DNA of 64,000 bases from Spirochaetia bacterium (GTDB lineage: Bacteria; Spirochaetota; Spirochaetia; CADAEX01): assembly GCA_963662795.1 (NCBI GenBank), contig OY759746.1, positions 2,336,001 through 2,400,000 of the forward strand, in the 5' to 3' direction. Shown here piece by piece: positions 39,478 to 52,000 of the stretch. The position numbers were made by a program, and so were the translations under genes. Below the pieces are notes generated by a model. That model worked only from the letters and a program-made list of their open reading frames with translations. It did not search any database and was not told where the DNA came from. The stretch's first letter is position 1. The number at the start of each line of letters is the position of its first letter.

Positions 39478-41814
39478 ATGTTCAGTGAAAAACATGACAA
39501 GCAAAAACATCTTTTCAGATACTCCGAGATTGTTTTTCCCAAAAAGATCATAATAAATTTTTTCCTGAGTTCTGCCCTTGCTATTTACGCTTTTTTCAGC
39601 GTAGCGTTTCTTCTTCACGGCTGGGCATTAAAAAGAAACGAGGCAGTATTTAATCAGCAGCAGGTTCTTCAGGTACTGTTGTCCAAACAGGCAGTCGAGG
39701 AAAGCATTTATGAAATGTTTTATAATCTTGATGTAATTCAGCGGTATTTCAGGGACGATATTCTTAACAGAAATGCGGATGAAGAAAAAAACCGGCTTTT
39801 CCAGTTTCTCCAGACAAGCAAGCAGGAGATCATAGGTTTTCTTGTTTCCTATTCCCCCGGTAAAATTGCCTATTCCAATCTCTCAACAGGCGAAAGGGAG
39901 GAGGTTTCAAAATATGTCGGAAGCGTCTGGCTTGATAATTACTGGAAAGAGATCAAAAAATCAGGAACAGAACCTGATCCCTATTTTTTTTATATTTCAC
40001 ACAACTATCAGCTTATTGGAAATATTATCCCTGTGTGGGAAGCAGGTCAGCTTAAGGGGCTTCTTTGCGCAGTTGTTGATCTCAAACCGGTGATAAACAG
40101 ATTTATTTTCCCTATGAGTATGGGTGAATACGGAACAGGCACCTTCCTGTCCGGGGATGGAACCATAGTTTTTGCTGAAAATACTGAAAATATCGGGGAA
40201 AATATTTTCAGCCTGAATCTTTTTGACCCGCCGATGATGAAAAAAGTGAATAATACTGTGCTGCAGCAGACGCTTGGAAGCGGTGAGATCAATTTTCTTG
40301 ACAGAGAAGGGAAAAGAGAAAGAAGCCTTGCTGCGTGGCATTCAATGAATATCGGAAAGCAGAAGCTCATCCTTCTGCTGACTGCGACAGATCAGCAGGT
40401 AAATGCTGCCCTGTTTGAATTCCAGTTTCAGATAATTGCGCTTGGAATTGCACTTGTAATTGCTGTAGTCTCGATAAATTTTGTACTTATCGCATCGCGG
40501 AAAAAGATAGTCCAGGAAAATGCGCGGCATCTTGAAGTGCTTGTTCAGCAGAGAACTGATGAGCTCGCGATAAGCGAGTTAAGATATCAGGCTGTTTTTC
40601 AATCCGCAAATGACGCCATTCTTATAGTAATGGATAACAGGATAGTCAATTTTAACCGCAAAGCACTTGAGATGTTCGGATATGAAGAAAGTGAGTTCAG
40701 AAATAAATCACCGCTTGAAGTTTCAAAAACGAATGTCGACGCTACCCTGCCTCAGGATCAGCTCTCAGTTTATATGAACGAAGCGCTGAACGGGAATCCT
40801 CAGTTTTTCGAATGGCAGCAGGTAAGAAAGGACGGGTCTGTTTTTGATTCTGAGGTCAGTGTTTCCCGTCTTGACCTTGGAGAGGCTCCTTTTCTGCTTT
40901 CCATAATCCGCGATGTAACAGAAAGAAAGAAATCGCAGAAAGAACTGCAGAAGCTCAACGCCGAACTTGAGAAGAGGGTCCTTTTAAGGACAGCTGAACT
41001 TGAAGATTCCAATATTGCCTTAAAGGATTCACTGGGAAAACTCAGGGAAACTCAGAAGAACCTTGTGGAAGCGGAAAAAATGGCTTCTCTGGGCCTTCTT
41101 GTAGCTGGAGTCGCGCATGAAATAAATACACCTGTCGGAATAAGTATTACTGCTGCGTCGTATTTAATGCAGCAGACAGAGGAAATGGGGTTGAGATACA
41201 ATGAGGGGAACATTAAAAGGTCTGAGCTTGAGAATTATATAACGACGGCCCGGGAATCCTCAAAAGTACTGCTCGAAAATCTTGAAAAAGCTTCAAACCA
41301 TATCAGCAGTTTTAAAAAGGTTGCTGTAGATCAGGCAAGCCGGGAAAAGCGGACATTTAATCTTAAAAGATATATAAATGAAGTTTTAATGAGTCTCCAG
41401 CCGGTTCTTAGGAAAACAAACCACACAATTACAGTAAACGGCCGTGAAGATATGGAATTTGAAAGTATGCCCGGCGCTCTTTCCCAGGTAATCACGAATC
41501 TTGTGATGAATTCCCTGAAACATGGATTTGAAGGTATTGAAAGCGGCAGAATCGTAATTGATGCTGATTTTGACGGTACCAAAGCATCAATCCGGTATTC
41601 AGACAATGGCATAGGCATGGATACCGTGACAAAAGATAAAATATTTGAACCGTTTTTTACAACAAAAAGAGGTTCCGGCGGCAGCGGACTGGGTATGCAT
41701 ATTGTATATAATATTGTAACACAGAGCCTCAGGGGAGAGATAACCTGTAAAAGTTCTCCGGGCAACGGCACAATTTTTTCAATTTTGTGGCCGGTTGGCA
41801 TAAAACAGGCATAG
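39478..41814 (+). CDS. Membrane sensor histidine kinase (Cache-like periplasmic, PAS, HisKA, HATPase)
   Basis: Two TM helices; AGVAHEINTP, NLVMNSLKHG, FFTTK, GSGLG. Confidence 0.92.
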   Translation: MFSEKHDKQKHLFRYSEIVFPKKIIINFFLSSALAIYAFFSVAFLLHGWALKRNEAVFNQQQVLQVLLSKQAVEESIYEMFYNLDVIQRYFRDDILNRNADEEKNRLFQFLQTSKQEIIGFLVSYSPGKIAYSNLSTGEREEVSKYVGSVWLDNYWKEIKKSGTEPDPYFFYISHNYQLIGNIIPVWEAGQLKGLLCAVVDLKPVINRFIFPMSMGEYGTGTFLSGDGTIVFAENTENIGENIFSLNLFDPPMMKKVNNTVLQQTLGSGEINFLDREGKRERSLAAWHSMNIGKQKLILLLTATDQQVNAALFEFQFQIIALGIALVIAVVSINFVLIASRKKIVQENARHLEVLVQQRTDELAISELRYQAVFQSANDAILIVMDNRIVNFNRKALEMFGYEESEFRNKSPLEVSKTNVDATLPQDQLSVYMNEALNGNPQFFEWQQVRKDGSVFDSEVSVSRLDLGEAPFLLSIIRDVTERKKSQKELQKLNAELEKRVLLRTAELEDSNIALKDSLGKLRETQKNLVEAEKMASLGLLVAGVAHEINTPVGISITAASYLMQQTEEMGLRYNEGNIKRSELENYITTARESSKVLLENLEKASNHISSFKKVAVDQASREKRTFNLKRYINEVLMSLQPVLRKTNHTITVNGREDMEFESMPGALSQVITNLVMNSLKHGFEGIESGRIVIDADFDGTKASIRYSDNGIGMDTVTKDKIFEPFFTTKRGSGGSGLGMHIVYNIVTQSLRGEITCKSSPGNGTIFSILWPVGIKQA

Positions 41815-41843
41815 ATTAAAAATTAATAATATATTATATTCTA

Positions 41844-41872
41844 TTGACAAAACAGGGCATGTCTGTTAATTT
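41844..41872 (+). promoter_or_regulatory. Sigma70 promoter for tRNA-Thr/rpmG/secE cluster
   Basis: TTGACA-17bp-TAATTT with extended TG. Confidence 0.65.
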
Positions 41873-41909
41873 TTCACACGTTATCCAGCCGTCTAATCGG
41901 GACAGGTAT

Positions 41910-41982
41910 GCCCTTGTAGCTCAGTCGGTAGAGCACCTCCATGGTAAGGAGGGGGTCACCGGTTCAAATCCGGTCGAGGGCT
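41910..41982 (+). tRNA. tRNA-Thr(GGT)
   Basis: CCTCC-AT-GGT-AA-GGAGG anticodon arm; GGTTCAAATCC. Confidence 0.96.
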
Positions 41983-42015
41983 GATCATACTTAAATTGTA
42001 CGCTGGTTTTTAACC

Positions 42016-42057
42016 GGTTAAACCATGCAGGTTTAACTATACTGGTTTAACCATATA
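42016..42057. repeat. 3x 14-bp tandem repeat with palindromic GGTTWAACY core
   Basis: GGTTAAACCATGCA GGTTTAACTATACT GGTTTAACCATATA. Confidence 0.65.
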
Positions 42058-42074
42058 ATATAGGAGATTCTGAT

Positions 42075-42251
42075 ATGGCATCCAAAAAGAAAGGGAATGT
42101 TGAACTTATTGCTCTCCAGTGTTCAGAGTGTAAGAGAAAAAACTATACAACGAAGAAAAACAGAAAAAATACACAGGCAAAGATGGAATTCAGTAAATAC
42201 TGCAAGTTTGACAGAAAACATACATTGCATAAAGAAACTAAAATTAAATAA
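42075..42251 (+). CDS. rpmG: 50S ribosomal protein L33 (below ORF-track cutoff)
   Basis: [26 protein letters not shown]...[18 protein letters not shown]. Confidence 0.95.
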   Translation: MASKKKGNVELIALQCSECKRKNYTTKKNRKNTQAKMEFSKYCKFDRKHTLHKETKIK

Positions 42252-42257
42252 TTTTTT

Positions 42258-42331
42258 AGGCCAGTAGCTCCAACGGCTAGAGCGCCGGTCTCCAAAACCG
42301 GATGTTGTAGGTTCGAATCCTACCTGGCCTG
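42258..42331 (+). tRNA. tRNA-Trp(CCA)
   Basis: CCGGT-CT-CCA-AA-ACCGG anticodon arm; GGTTCGAATCC. Confidence 0.96.
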
Positions 42332-42375
42332 TATTTGTATTATTTCCTTTTTCACTTTATTAGGAGTTTTTTTTT

Positions 42376-42555
42376 ATGAACAAAATCCTGAATTTTTTTA
42401 AGGAGAGTTACTCAGAGCTTAAAAAGGTTGTCTGGCCCGGCAGTGGTGAAGTAAGTTCATCAACCCGTGTTGTGATTGTTTCGACATTGCTTTTTGCTTT
42501 GATACTTGGTGTCGTCGATTTTTTACTTATTGTTGGGATAGATATAATTTTTTAG
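42376..42555 (+). CDS. secE: Preprotein translocase SecE (below ORF-track cutoff)
   Basis: ELKKVVWP motif plus one TM helix. Confidence 0.92.
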   Translation: MNKILNFFKESYSELKKVVWPGSGEVSSSTRVVIVSTLLFALILGVVDFLLIVGIDIIF

Positions 42556-42573
42556 CGGAGTACGGTATAACAA

Positions 42574-43128
42574 ATGGCAAAAGGCTGGTATGTTCTTCAT
42601 ACCTATTCGGGTTATGAAAATAAAATTGAAAAACATGTGAGAAAGCTGATGGAGGACCCTTCTCTTTCTGATGTTGTTCTTGATATCAAAATCCCTTCGG
42701 AAGAGGTGGTAGAGGTCAAGGACGGCAAGAAAAAGATAACTTCCAGGAAATTTCTCCCCGGCTATATTCTGCTTGAGATGGATCTGCCGGACAGGGGCTG
42801 GAAAAATGCCTGCTCTGAAATAAAGAAGATACAGGGAGTAACCGGCTTTGTCGGAGCTCTTGGTAATGTAAAGCCGAATCCGATATCTTCTGATGAAGTG
42901 CGAAGCATTCTGCAGAAGACGGGAGAGCTTAAGGCCAGCAGGCATTTGACTGCAAAACAGATTTTCAACATCGGCGAATCAGTCAAGATCGTCGGCGGGC
43001 CTTTTGACTCATTTACAGGTAAAATTGACGAAGTTAATATGGAAAAAGGAAAACTCAGGGTGATTGTAGGGATATTTGGAAGAGCAACACCTGTCGAGGT
43101 TGATTTTTCACAAGTCGAACAGATATAA
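42574..43128 (+). CDS. nusG: Transcription factor NusG
   Basis: WYVLHTYSGYE, PGYIL, KOW, IFGRATPVE. Confidence 0.97.
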   Translation: MAKGWYVLHTYSGYENKIEKHVRKLMEDPSLSDVVLDIKIPSEEVVEVKDGKKKITSRKFLPGYILLEMDLPDRGWKNACSEIKKIQGVTGFVGALGNVKPNPISSDEVRSILQKTGELKASRHLTAKQIFNIGESVKIVGGPFDSFTGKIDEVNMEKGKLRVIVGIFGRATPVEVDFSQVEQI

Positions 43129-43214
43129 CCTTGCAAAATAGACAGGCTCCGGCACCTTGCATAGTTTGTGCCTGGAGCTCTTATCCTTATCCGGTAAGTT
43201 TTACCGGTTTTAGA

Positions 43215-43248
43215 CTGGGAGTTTCTTGTAAAAGAAACGTTTACCACA
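43215..43248 (+). promoter_or_regulatory. Probable L1-binding leader upstream of rplK
   Basis: TGGGAG-hairpin-ACCACA layout typical of rplK leaders. Confidence 0.45.
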
Positions 43249-43262
43249 TATTGGAGAAATAA

Positions 43263-43694
43263 ATGGCCAAGAAAAAAGTTACAGCTTATATCAAGCTGCA
43301 GGTTCCGGCCGGGAAAGCGACGCCAGCTCCTCCTGTAGGTCCTGCTCTCGGGCCTCACGGAGTAAGCGCTCCTCAATTTGTTCAGCAGTTTAACGACAGA
43401 ACAAAAAATCTGGAGCAGGGGCTTACTATTCCTGTCGTAATTACGGTTTTTGCTGACAAGACATTTACGTTTATCACAAAAACACCTCCGGCTTCTGTGC
43501 TTCTTAAAAAAGCATGTAATCTTGCAAGCGGTTCCGCGGAACCTCACAAGGTTAAGGTTGCTAAAATATCAAGGGCAGAGCTTAAAAAGGTTGCGGAAAT
43601 CAAGATGCCGGACCTGAATGCCAATGATATCGAAGCTGCAATGAAAATTGTTGCAGGTACGGCAAGAAGTATGGGAATAGAGGTGGAGGCATAG
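43263..43694 (+). CDS. rplK: 50S L11
   Basis: [15 protein letters not shown]. Confidence 0.98.
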   Translation: MAKKKVTAYIKLQVPAGKATPAPPVGPALGPHGVSAPQFVQQFNDRTKNLEQGLTIPVVITVFADKTFTFITKTPPASVLLKKACNLASGSAEPHKVKVAKISRAELKKVAEIKMPDLNANDIEAAMKIVAGTARSMGIEVEA

Positions 43695-43697
43695 GGT

Positions 43698-44369
43698 ATG
43701 AAAAGAGGAAAAAAGTATCTTGAAGCACTCAAGGGTTATGATAAAGCAACGCTCTATCCGTACGAGGAAGCAGTAGGTATAGTAAAGAAGCTTGCATTTG
43801 CAAAATTCGATGAAACAATAGAACTTTCAATAAGGCTCAAGCTTAAAAAAGCACAGGCTGTAAGAGATACTCTGGTTCTTCCTCATCAGTTTACAGGCGA
43901 CAAGAAAATCCTTGTTTTTGCTAAAGGAGACAAGGCGGAAGAGGCAAGAGAAGCAGGCGCTGCCTATGTAGGCGATGTAGACCTTGTTGAAAAGATTAAA
44001 AACGGCTGGCTTGATTTTGATGTCGCGGTAGCGACTCCGGATATGATGAAAGATGTAGGAAGACTGGGCCCGATTCTTGGAAGAAGAGGTCTTATGCCTA
44101 ACCCGAAAACCCAGACAGTTACATTCAACATCAAGGAAGCCTTGAAAGAACTCCAGAAGGGAAGGGTTGAGTTCAGATCGGATAAAACCGGCGTTCTTCA
44201 CCTTGCAGTAGGTAAGGTATCAAGTGAAGTCAGTCAGATTGTTGAAAATATACATGCTGTGGTTGCTGAAGTTGAAAGAAAAAAACCTGCAGATACCAAA
44301 GGCGACTTTTTTATCTCAGTAGCTGTTTCATCAACAATGGGCCCTGGCGTCAGGGTTTCATTCAAATAG
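43698..44369 (+). CDS. rplA: 50S L1
   Basis: GLMPNPK, SSTMGPG. Confidence 0.98.
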   Translation: MKRGKKYLEALKGYDKATLYPYEEAVGIVKKLAFAKFDETIELSIRLKLKKAQAVRDTLVLPHQFTGDKKILVFAKGDKAEEAREAGAAYVGDVDLVEKIKNGWLDFDVAVATPDMMKDVGRLGPILGRRGLMPNPKTQTVTFNIKEALKELQKGRVEFRSDKTGVLHLAVGKVSSEVSQIVENIHAVVAEVERKKPADTKGDFFISVAVSSTMGPGVRVSFK

Positions 44370-44391
44370 GACCGGGAAAAAGGATAGTAAT

Positions 44392-44928
44392 ATGACAGAA
44401 TATATAACAAAGGTACATCCTGCCAAGGAAGAGGCTGTTGCAGACATAAAGGGGAAGCTGGAGACAGCAACTGATTTTATTGTAACTGATTACAGAGGCC
44501 TTACTGTTGCGCAGATAACCGGACTCAGAAGAAAGATGAGAGAGTTCGGGGTTGAATATAAGGTTGTCAAGAACAGATATGCCAAAATTGCTTTCAGGAC
44601 AATGGGTGTTGACGGGCTTGATTCACTGCTTGTGGGGCCGTCTGCGGTTGCCATGGTAAAGGGTGAGGCCGGACCTGCCGCTAAAGCGCTGTTTGATTAT
44701 TCAAAAGAAGCGCCGGTGCAGGTTAAAGGTGGTTTTATCGCAGGTAATATTTTTGATGCTGCCCAAATTGAAGCTTTTTCAAAGCTTCCGACAAGAATGG
44801 AGCTTATCTCCATGCTTATGGGAACAATGAAGGCTCCTGTGCAGAACCTGGTTTATGTGCTTAATGCTCCTGTTCAGAAGCTTGCAAGAACACTGCAGGC
44901 TGTGGCTGACCAGAAGGAAGGGAGATAA
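44392..44928 (+). CDS. rplJ: 50S L10
   Basis: DYRGLTV, VVKN, KLPTR. Confidence 0.97.
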   Translation: MTEYITKVHPAKEEAVADIKGKLETATDFIVTDYRGLTVAQITGLRRKMREFGVEYKVVKNRYAKIAFRTMGVDGLDSLLVGPSAVAMVKGEAGPAAKALFDYSKEAPVQVKGGFIAGNIFDAAQIEAFSKLPTRMELISMLMGTMKAPVQNLVYVLNAPVQKLARTLQAVADQKEGR

Positions 44929-45021
44929 TCCGCATTAATTGCGGTTTATATTTATAATTATTCAGCATTAGTCTTCGGATCCGCCATGCTACTGCTGAAA
45001 CAATGATAAGGAGAAGATAAT

Positions 45022-45405
45022 ATGGCCACAAAATCAAAAGACGATATCCTGGAAGCAATTGCAGGAATGACAGTTCTTGAAGTTTCAGAACTTGTCAAAG
45101 CGATGGAAGAGAAATTCGGTGTAACGGCAGCGGCTCCGGTAGCGGCAGCAGCAGCTCCTGTAGCAGCGGCAGCTGAAGCAGCAGAAGAACAGACAGAATT
45201 TGATGTAATTCTTGCCAAAATTGATGACACAAAGAAAATCCCTGTTATCAAGGAAGTAAGAGCAATTACAGGTCTCGGCCTTAAAGAGGCAAAAGATCTG
45301 GTTGAGGGTGCTCCTCAGAAAGTTAAAGAAGGTGTTTCTAAAGAAGAAGCTAAAACACTCAAAGAAAAGCTGGAAGCAGCTGGCGCAGTTGTTGAGGTTA
45401 AATAG
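45022..45405 (+). CDS. rplL: 50S L7/L12
   Basis: [23 protein letters not shown]. Confidence 0.98.
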   Translation: MATKSKDDILEAIAGMTVLEVSELVKAMEEKFGVTAAAPVAAAAAPVAAAAEAAEEQTEFDVILAKIDDTKKIPVIKEVRAITGLGLKEAKDLVEGAPQKVKEGVSKEEAKTLKEKLEAAGAVVEVK

Positions 45406-45439
45406 TTTTCAGATTGTAAAACATCGTGAAATTCTCATA

Positions 45440-45466
45440 TTACAGCCCGGCTGGTTCGGGCTGTAA
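45440..45466 (+). terminator. Hairpin between rplL and rpoB (terminator/attenuator-like)
   Basis: TTACAGCCCG...CGGGCTGTAA. Confidence 0.5.
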
Positions 45467-45519
45467 GTTATGCCGGCAAAATTTTATGCCGGTATAGTTA
45501 TCAGTAGGGGGTATGGTTA

Positions 45520-48500
45520 ATGCTTGATAGGACTAAGGCTATTAAGCGGCAATATATCGGAAAAGATTATCGTGAAGTCATGGATTTGCCAGGACTTGTT
45601 GATATTCAGCTTTCCTCATATGAAAAATTTCTCCAGAGAGACAGGCTTGTAAACGGTGAACCGCTTAACGAGCAGGGGCTGGAGGAAGTGTTTCAGAGCA
45701 TTTTCCCGATAGAAAGTCCGAATGGCGATATGTTGCTGGAATATACTCAATATGTTCTTGATGAAGACGGCATCAAGCTTGATGAGTTTGAATGTAAACA
45801 GAAGGGCGTTACTTATGCTGTCCCCCTTAAGGCGCGGATAAATCTGATTTTTCAGGAAACCGGAGAAATCAGACAGAAACTTATATATATTGGTGATATC
45901 CCTTTGATGACTGAAAGGGGAACTTTTATAATAAATGGAGCTGAAAGGGTTGTCGTAAGCCAGATCCACAGATCTCCTGGTGTTGTTTTTTCCTATGATA
46001 AGGGTATTTATTCTTCACGGATTATCCCTTATAAAGGCTCATGGCTTGAATTCGAGATTGAACACAAAAAAGATCTTATATATGCAAAAATAGACAGAAA
46101 AAAAAGAATTCTGGGAACAATATTTCTCCGTGCATTGGGGTTTGAGACAAGGGAAGAAATAATTTCCCTTTTTTATAAAACAAAAAAAATAAAACTTGAC
46201 TGTCCGCCTGATGAAAAGGAAGCTCTTATTGGTTCAATAGCTGCCAGGGCTGTTTTTGTGGAAACGGAAGCAGGCGAAAACAAGAAGCTTTACAGGGCAG
46301 GTGAAAAAATACTGCTTCATGACATTGATGAGCTGCTTCATTCAGGCATTGATGAGATTGAGGTAATTGATTTTGAAAATAAGGAATCTCTTCACTCAAA
46401 CATTATTCTTAACTGTTTTGAGATGGAAGATATTAAATATGTAAGGGATGATTCCGATTCTGACGAACCGACAAAAGACGATGCACTGTCTGCCGTATAC
46501 TCTGTTCTCCTTCCGGGTGAACCTATTACAGTTGAAAGTGCGGAAAAAGATCTTAAATCCATGTTTTTTTCTGCAAGGCGCTATGATCTTGGAAGGGTCG
46601 GAAGGTACAAGCTTAACAAAAAGTATGATTATAATCCGCAGCTTGACGACCAGGTCCTTACAAAAGACGATATTACAAATACCATGTTCTATCTTATAAA
46701 GGTATATATCGGCGAAGAAAATGTTGATGATATTGACCATCTTGGCAACAGGAGAGTCAGGTCGGTGGGCGAGCTTCTCGCAAACCACCTGAAAACAGCA
46801 TTTGTCAGGATGGAAAGGATTGCAAAGGAAAGGATGTCTCTCAAGGAGACAGATACCATAAAACCTCAGGACCTTATTTCGATCAAGCCGATTGTGGCTG
46901 CGATCAAGGAATTTTTCGGTTCAAGTCAGCTGTCCCAGTTTATGGATCAGGTAAATCCTCTTTCTGAACTTACCCATAAGAGACGGCTTAACGCTCTCGG
47001 GCCAGGAGGCCTGTCCAGAGACAGGGCAGGATTTGAAGTAAGGGATGTCCATTATACCCATTACGGAAGGATGTGTCCGATTGAAACGCCTGAAGGACCT
47101 AATATTGGTCTTATTGTTTCCCTCGCAAACTATACCAGGGTAAATGATTATGGTTTCCTTGAAACGCCATACAGAAAAGTTGTTGGCGGCCGGGCAACCG
47201 GGGATGTTGAATATCTTTCTGCCATAGATGAGGAAAAATACTATATAGCTCAGGCCAATGCACCTCTTAACGAAGACGGAACTTTTTGCGCTGAGCAGAT
47301 ATCGGTAAGAAAGGCAGGCGACTATACTACAAGGGCCCCCGGCGGGATACAGTATATGGATGTTTCGCCGAAACAGGTTATATCTGTTTCAACCTCGCTG
47401 GTACCGTTTCTTGAGCATGATGATGCAAACAGGGCGCTCATGGGATCAAACATGATGAGGCAGGCAGTCCCGCTTCTTTTTCCTGAATCTCCGATAGTGG
47501 GAACAGGTATGGAGGCTAAAACAGCCTATGATTCTGGTGTTGTAATAAAAGCCAGAAATGCGGGAACTGTTACATATGTTTCAGCGGAAAAGATTACTGT
47601 TCAGAAAGAAGACGGGCTTGAGGATAACTACAAACTACTTAAATACCAGAGAACAAACCAGGACACCTGTTTTACTCAGAAACCTCTTGTGAAACCCGGT
47701 GACAAGGTAGAGCGGGGTACTGTTCTCGGCGATGGGTCGGCAACTTCTTTTGGTGAGCTTGCCCTTGGCCGGAACGTGCTTGTGGCTTTTCTTCCATGGA
47801 ACGGTTATAACTACGAGGATGCAATCCTTATTTCTGAAAAAGTAGTCAAGGAAGATATTTTTACATCTATCCATATAAAGGAATTTGTTACTGAGGTCAG
47901 GGAAACCAAGCTTGGGACAGAAAAACTTACACGCGATATTCCAAACATTGGAGAGAAAGCCCTTGAACAGCTTGATGAGGAAGGTATTATCAGGATCGGA
48001 GCAAAGGTAAAATCGGGGTACATTCTTGTAGGAAAGGTTACTCCAAAATCCGAGACAGAGACAACTCCTGAGTTCAAGCTGCTGAATTCAATTTTCGGAG
48101 AAAAAGCCAAAGAAGTCCGCGATACATCATTGAGGGTTCCTCACGGTGTTGAAGGGACAATTATAGATATACAGAGACTGAAAAGAGCCGAAGGCGATGA
48201 TCTCAATCCGGGTGTTGACGAGGTTGTTAAGATACTTATTGCAACAAAGAGAAAACTCCAGGAAGGGGACAAGATGGCAGGAAGGCACGGCAACAAGGGT
48301 GTTGTCTCACGCGTTCTTGCTGAAGAGGATATGCCGCATATGGCAGACGGAACACCGGTAGACATCTGTTTGAATCCGCTTGGTGTCCCTTCCCGTATGA
48401 ACCTCGGACAGCTTATGGAAACCAGTCTCGGGTGGGCAGGTTATGTGCTTGGAGAAAAATACGCTACACCTGTATTCCAGTCAGCAACAAATGAAATGAT

Positions 48501-49011
48501 TGCCGGCAAGCTTAAGGAAGCGCATCTTTCTGAAACGTCAAAGATAACTCTTTATGACGGACTGACAGGTGAGCCTTTTGAAAACCCGGTAATGGTCGGC
48601 TGTGTTTACATGCTCAAGCTTCATCACCTTGTTGATGACAAAATGCATGCCAGGTCAACCGGCCCGTATTCGCTTGTAACTCAGCAGCCGCTCGGCGGCA
48701 AGGCCCAGTTCGGCGGACAGAGGCTTGGAGAGATGGAGGTCTGGGCACTTGAAGCTTATGGTGCTGCCAATACTCTGCAGGAATTTATTACCATAAAATC
48801 TGATGATATGGCAGGACGTGCCAAAATATATGAAAGCATAGTAAAGGGTGAACCCAACTCTGCTGCCGGAATACCTGAAGCATTCAACGTAATTGTACAG
48901 GAACTCAGGGGACTGGCGCTTGATATCTCGATCTGGGACTCCAGAGGAAGACAGGTTCCCCTTACAGAAAGGGATGAAGAACTCATAAACAGACAGGGAA
49001 CCAATTTCTGA
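45520..49011 (+). CDS. rpoB: RNA polymerase beta
   Basis: [28 protein letters not shown]. Confidence 0.99.
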   Translation: MLDRTKAIKRQYIGKDYREVMDLPGLVDIQLSSYEKFLQRDRLVNGEPLNEQGLEEVFQSIFPIESPNGDMLLEYTQYVLDEDGIKLDEFECKQKGVTYAVPLKARINLIFQETGEIRQKLIYIGDIPLMTERGTFIINGAERVVVSQIHRSPGVVFSYDKGIYSSRIIPYKGSWLEFEIEHKKDLIYAKIDRKKRILGTIFLRALGFETREEIISLFYKTKKIKLDCPPDEKEALIGSIAARAVFVETEAGENKKLYRAGEKILLHDIDELLHSGIDEIEVIDFENKESLHSNIILNCFEMEDIKYVRDDSDSDEPTKDDALSAVYSVLLPGEPITVESAEKDLKSMFFSARRYDLGRVGRYKLNKKYDYNPQLDDQVLTKDDITNTMFYLIKVYIGEENVDDIDHLGNRRVRSVGELLANHLKTAFVRMERIAKERMSLKETDTIKPQDLISIKPIVAAIKEFFGSSQLSQFMDQVNPLSELTHKRRLNALGPGGLSRDRAGFEVRDVHYTHYGRMCPIETPEGPNIGLIVSLANYTRVNDYGFLETPYRKVVGGRATGDVEYLSAIDEEKYYIAQANAPLNEDGTFCAEQISVRKAGDYTTRAPGGIQYMDVSPKQVISVSTSLVPFLEHDDANRALMGSNMMRQAVPLLFPESPIVGTGMEAKTAYDSGVVIKARNAGTVTYVSAEKITVQKEDGLEDNYKLLKYQRTNQDTCFTQKPLVKPGDKVERGTVLGDGSATSFGELALGRNVLVAFLPWNGYNYEDAILISEKVVKEDIFTSIHIKEFVTEVRETKLGTEKLTRDIPNIGEKALEQLDEEGIIRIGAKVKSGYILVGKVTPKSETETTPEFKLLNSIFGEKAKEVRDTSLRVPHGVEGTIIDIQRLKRAEGDDLNPGVDEVVKILIATKRKLQEGDKMAGRHGNKGVVSRVLAEEDMPHMADGTPVDICLNPLGVPSRMNLGQLMETSLGWAGYVLGEKYATPVFQSATNEMIAGKLKEAHLSETSKITLYDGLTGEPFENPVMVGCVYMLKLHHLVDDKMHARSTGPYSLVTQQPLGGKAQFGGQRLGEMEVWALEAYGAANTLQEFITIKSDDMAGRAKIYESIVKGEPNSAAGIPEAFNVIVQELRGLALDISIWDSRGRQVPLTERDEELINRQGTNF

Positions 49012-49030
49012 CCAGGAAGGGGTGTTATTG

Positions 49031-52000
49031 ATGAGAGAAATGCAGGATTTTGACAATATTATGATAAAACTTGCTTCGCCGGATCAGATCAGGGCATGGT
49101 CTTACGGCGAGGTAAAAAAACCGGAAACAATTAATTACAGAACGCTCCGTCCGGAAAAAGACGGTCTTTTCTGCGAAAGAATTTTCGGTACTACCAAGGA
49201 ATGGGAATGTTACTGCGGTAAATTCAAGTCCATAAGGTATAAAGGGGTAATCTGCGACAGATGCGGCGTTGAAGTGACTCACTTCAAGGTCAGAAGGGAA
49301 AGGATGGGGCATATTGAACTTGCATCTCCTGTTTCCCATATCTGGTATTACAGATCTGTCCCTTCAAGAATGGGACTTCTTCTTGATCTTACAGTTGCCT
49401 CACTGAGGTCAATCTTATATTACGAGAAATATATCGTCATTGACGCAGGCGATACAGAACTTAAAAAACACGACCTCCTGTCGGAAGAAGACTATAATGA
49501 AGCAGTAGAAAGATATGGAATGAGCTTTACTGCCGGCATCGGGGCAGAGGCGATAAGAACTCTGCTTGAAACACTGGACCTTGACGGCCTTTCAGCTGAA
49601 CTTAGAATTAAAATGGTTGAAAAGGGAGCCAAATCAGACAGAAGACTCCTGAAGAGGATAGAAATAGTTGAAAATTTCAGGGATTCAAAAAACAAGCCGG
49701 AATGGATGATTCTGGATGTTATCCCTGTAATACCTCCCGAGCTGAGGCCTATGGTCCAGCTCGAAGGGGGTAGATTTGCCACTTCGGACCTTAATGATTT
49801 ATACAGAAGGGTAATAAACAGAAACAACAGGCTTAAAAGGCTGATGGCTTTAAACGCTCCTGATATTATAATCAGGAACGAGAAGAGAATGCTTCAGGAA
49901 GCAGTTGATGCCCTGTTCGATAATTCCAAAAAGAAAAAAGTAGTAAAGGGTTCCGCCAACAGGCCGCTTAAATCCCTTTCCGATATGCTTAAAGGAAAAC
50001 AGGGCAGGTTCAGACAGAACCTTCTTGGTAAAAGGGTTGACTATTCTGGCCGGTCTGTAATTGTAGTTGGTCCTGAGCTCAGTCTCCATCAGTGCGGACT
50101 TCCCGCTAAAATGGCGCTTGAGCTTTACAAGCCCTTTATTATGAAAAAGCTAGTTGAAAAAGATGTAGTTTATAACATAAAAAAAGCAAAAACGCTTGTT
50201 GAGCAGGAAACTGCGGAAGTGTGGGCCGTTCTCGACGATGTAGTAAGGGAACATCCTGTTCTCCTAAACAGGGCGCCGACCCTTCACAGGCTTGGTATAC
50301 AGGCTTTTGAGCCGGTGCTTGTTCAGGGAAAGGCGATAAAGCTTCATCCCCTTGTCTGTCATGCGTATAACGCCGACTTTGACGGAGACCAGATGGCGGT
50401 GCATGTACCGCTGACACAGGCGGCTCAGATTGAGTGCTGGACCTTAATGCTTTCTGTAAACAATCTTTTAAACCCTGCAAACGGAAGCCCGATTGTATTC
50501 CCGTCGCTCGATATGGTTCTTGGTATAAACTATCTTACAGTAGCGAGAAAGGGTGCAAAGGGAGAAGGGCGATATTTTTACTCATTTGAAGAAGTTCTGA
50601 TGGCAATTGATGCAAGATCGCTCGATTATCAGGCAGTCTGCAAGGTAAAGATTGACGGAAAATATATGGAAACCACTCCCGGCAGGCTGATATTCAATGA
50701 AGCAATGCCGGAAGAGATTGAATATATCAACGGCCCTCTTACGGATAAAGAACTTAAGGCAATGGTTGCCAAGTGCTACAAGGATAATGGCGCATATATA
50801 ACTGTTAAAATGCTTGATTCCATAAAGAAGCTTGGCTTTAAATATGCTACCATATTCGGCTCTACTATAAGTATGGAAGACGTAGTTATTCCTGAAGAAA
50901 AGAAAAGCCTTATAGATGATGCAAACAATCAGGTAACGGTTATACACAACCAGTATCTTCAGGGGCATATTACACAGGATGAAAGATATAACAGGGTTAT
51001 CGAGGTATGGAGTAAGACAAATGAGGATCTTACCAATGTGCTGATGAAAACACTGAAGGAAGACAGACAGGGTTTTAACCCAATCTATATGATGGCCAAC
51101 TCCGGAGCAAGGGGAAGCAGAACACAGCTGAGACAGCTTGCGGGAATGAGAGGCCTTATGGCCAAGCCTTCCGGCGATATCATAGAACTTCCCATCCGGG
51201 CGAACTTCAAGGAAGGGCTTTCAATCATCGAGTTCTTTATCTCGACAAACGGAGCCAGAAAAGGTCTTGCAGACACAGCTCTGAAAACTGCTGATGCAGG
51301 ATATCTTACAAGAAGGCTTGTTGATATTGCGCAGGATGTTGTAGTAAACGAGGAAGATTGCGGTACAATCAACGGAATTGTAATTAGCGCTCTCAAGGAT
51401 GGAGAGGAGATTGTTGAACCGCTTGCAGACAGAATACAGGGAAGATATACACTGGAAAGGGTCAAACACCCGATTACCGGTGAGATACTTGTTGATGTAA
51501 ATGAGGAAATATCAGATGAACTTGCAATAATAATTGAAGAATCGGGAATTGAACATGTAAGGATCAGAAGCGTTCTGACCTGTGATTCAAAATTCGGAGT
51601 CTGCCAGAAGTGTTACGGCAGAAACCTCGCTACAAACAAAGGTGTTGAAATCGGAGAGGCGGTCGGAATAATTGCAGCCCAGTCAATCGGACAGCCCGGA
51701 ACCCAGCTTACCATGAGAACATTCCATATCGGCGGGGCGGCAACAAAAGCGAGTGAAGAAAACCGTGTTTATTTAAAATATCCTGTTCTTATCAGAAAAA
51801 TTACGGGAAATACTGTAGAGCTTGACAATAAAGATGTCCTTTTTACAAGAAAGGGATTTATACAGGTCAGCAAGATCCTTAGTAAAATTGAAATAAAACC
51901 GGGAGATAAAATACTTGTGGAAGAGGGCGGCAAAGTTATTGCCGGCAACCCCGTAATAAAAAGAGGCAAAGAAGAATTATTGTCAAACGACATTGCCTAT

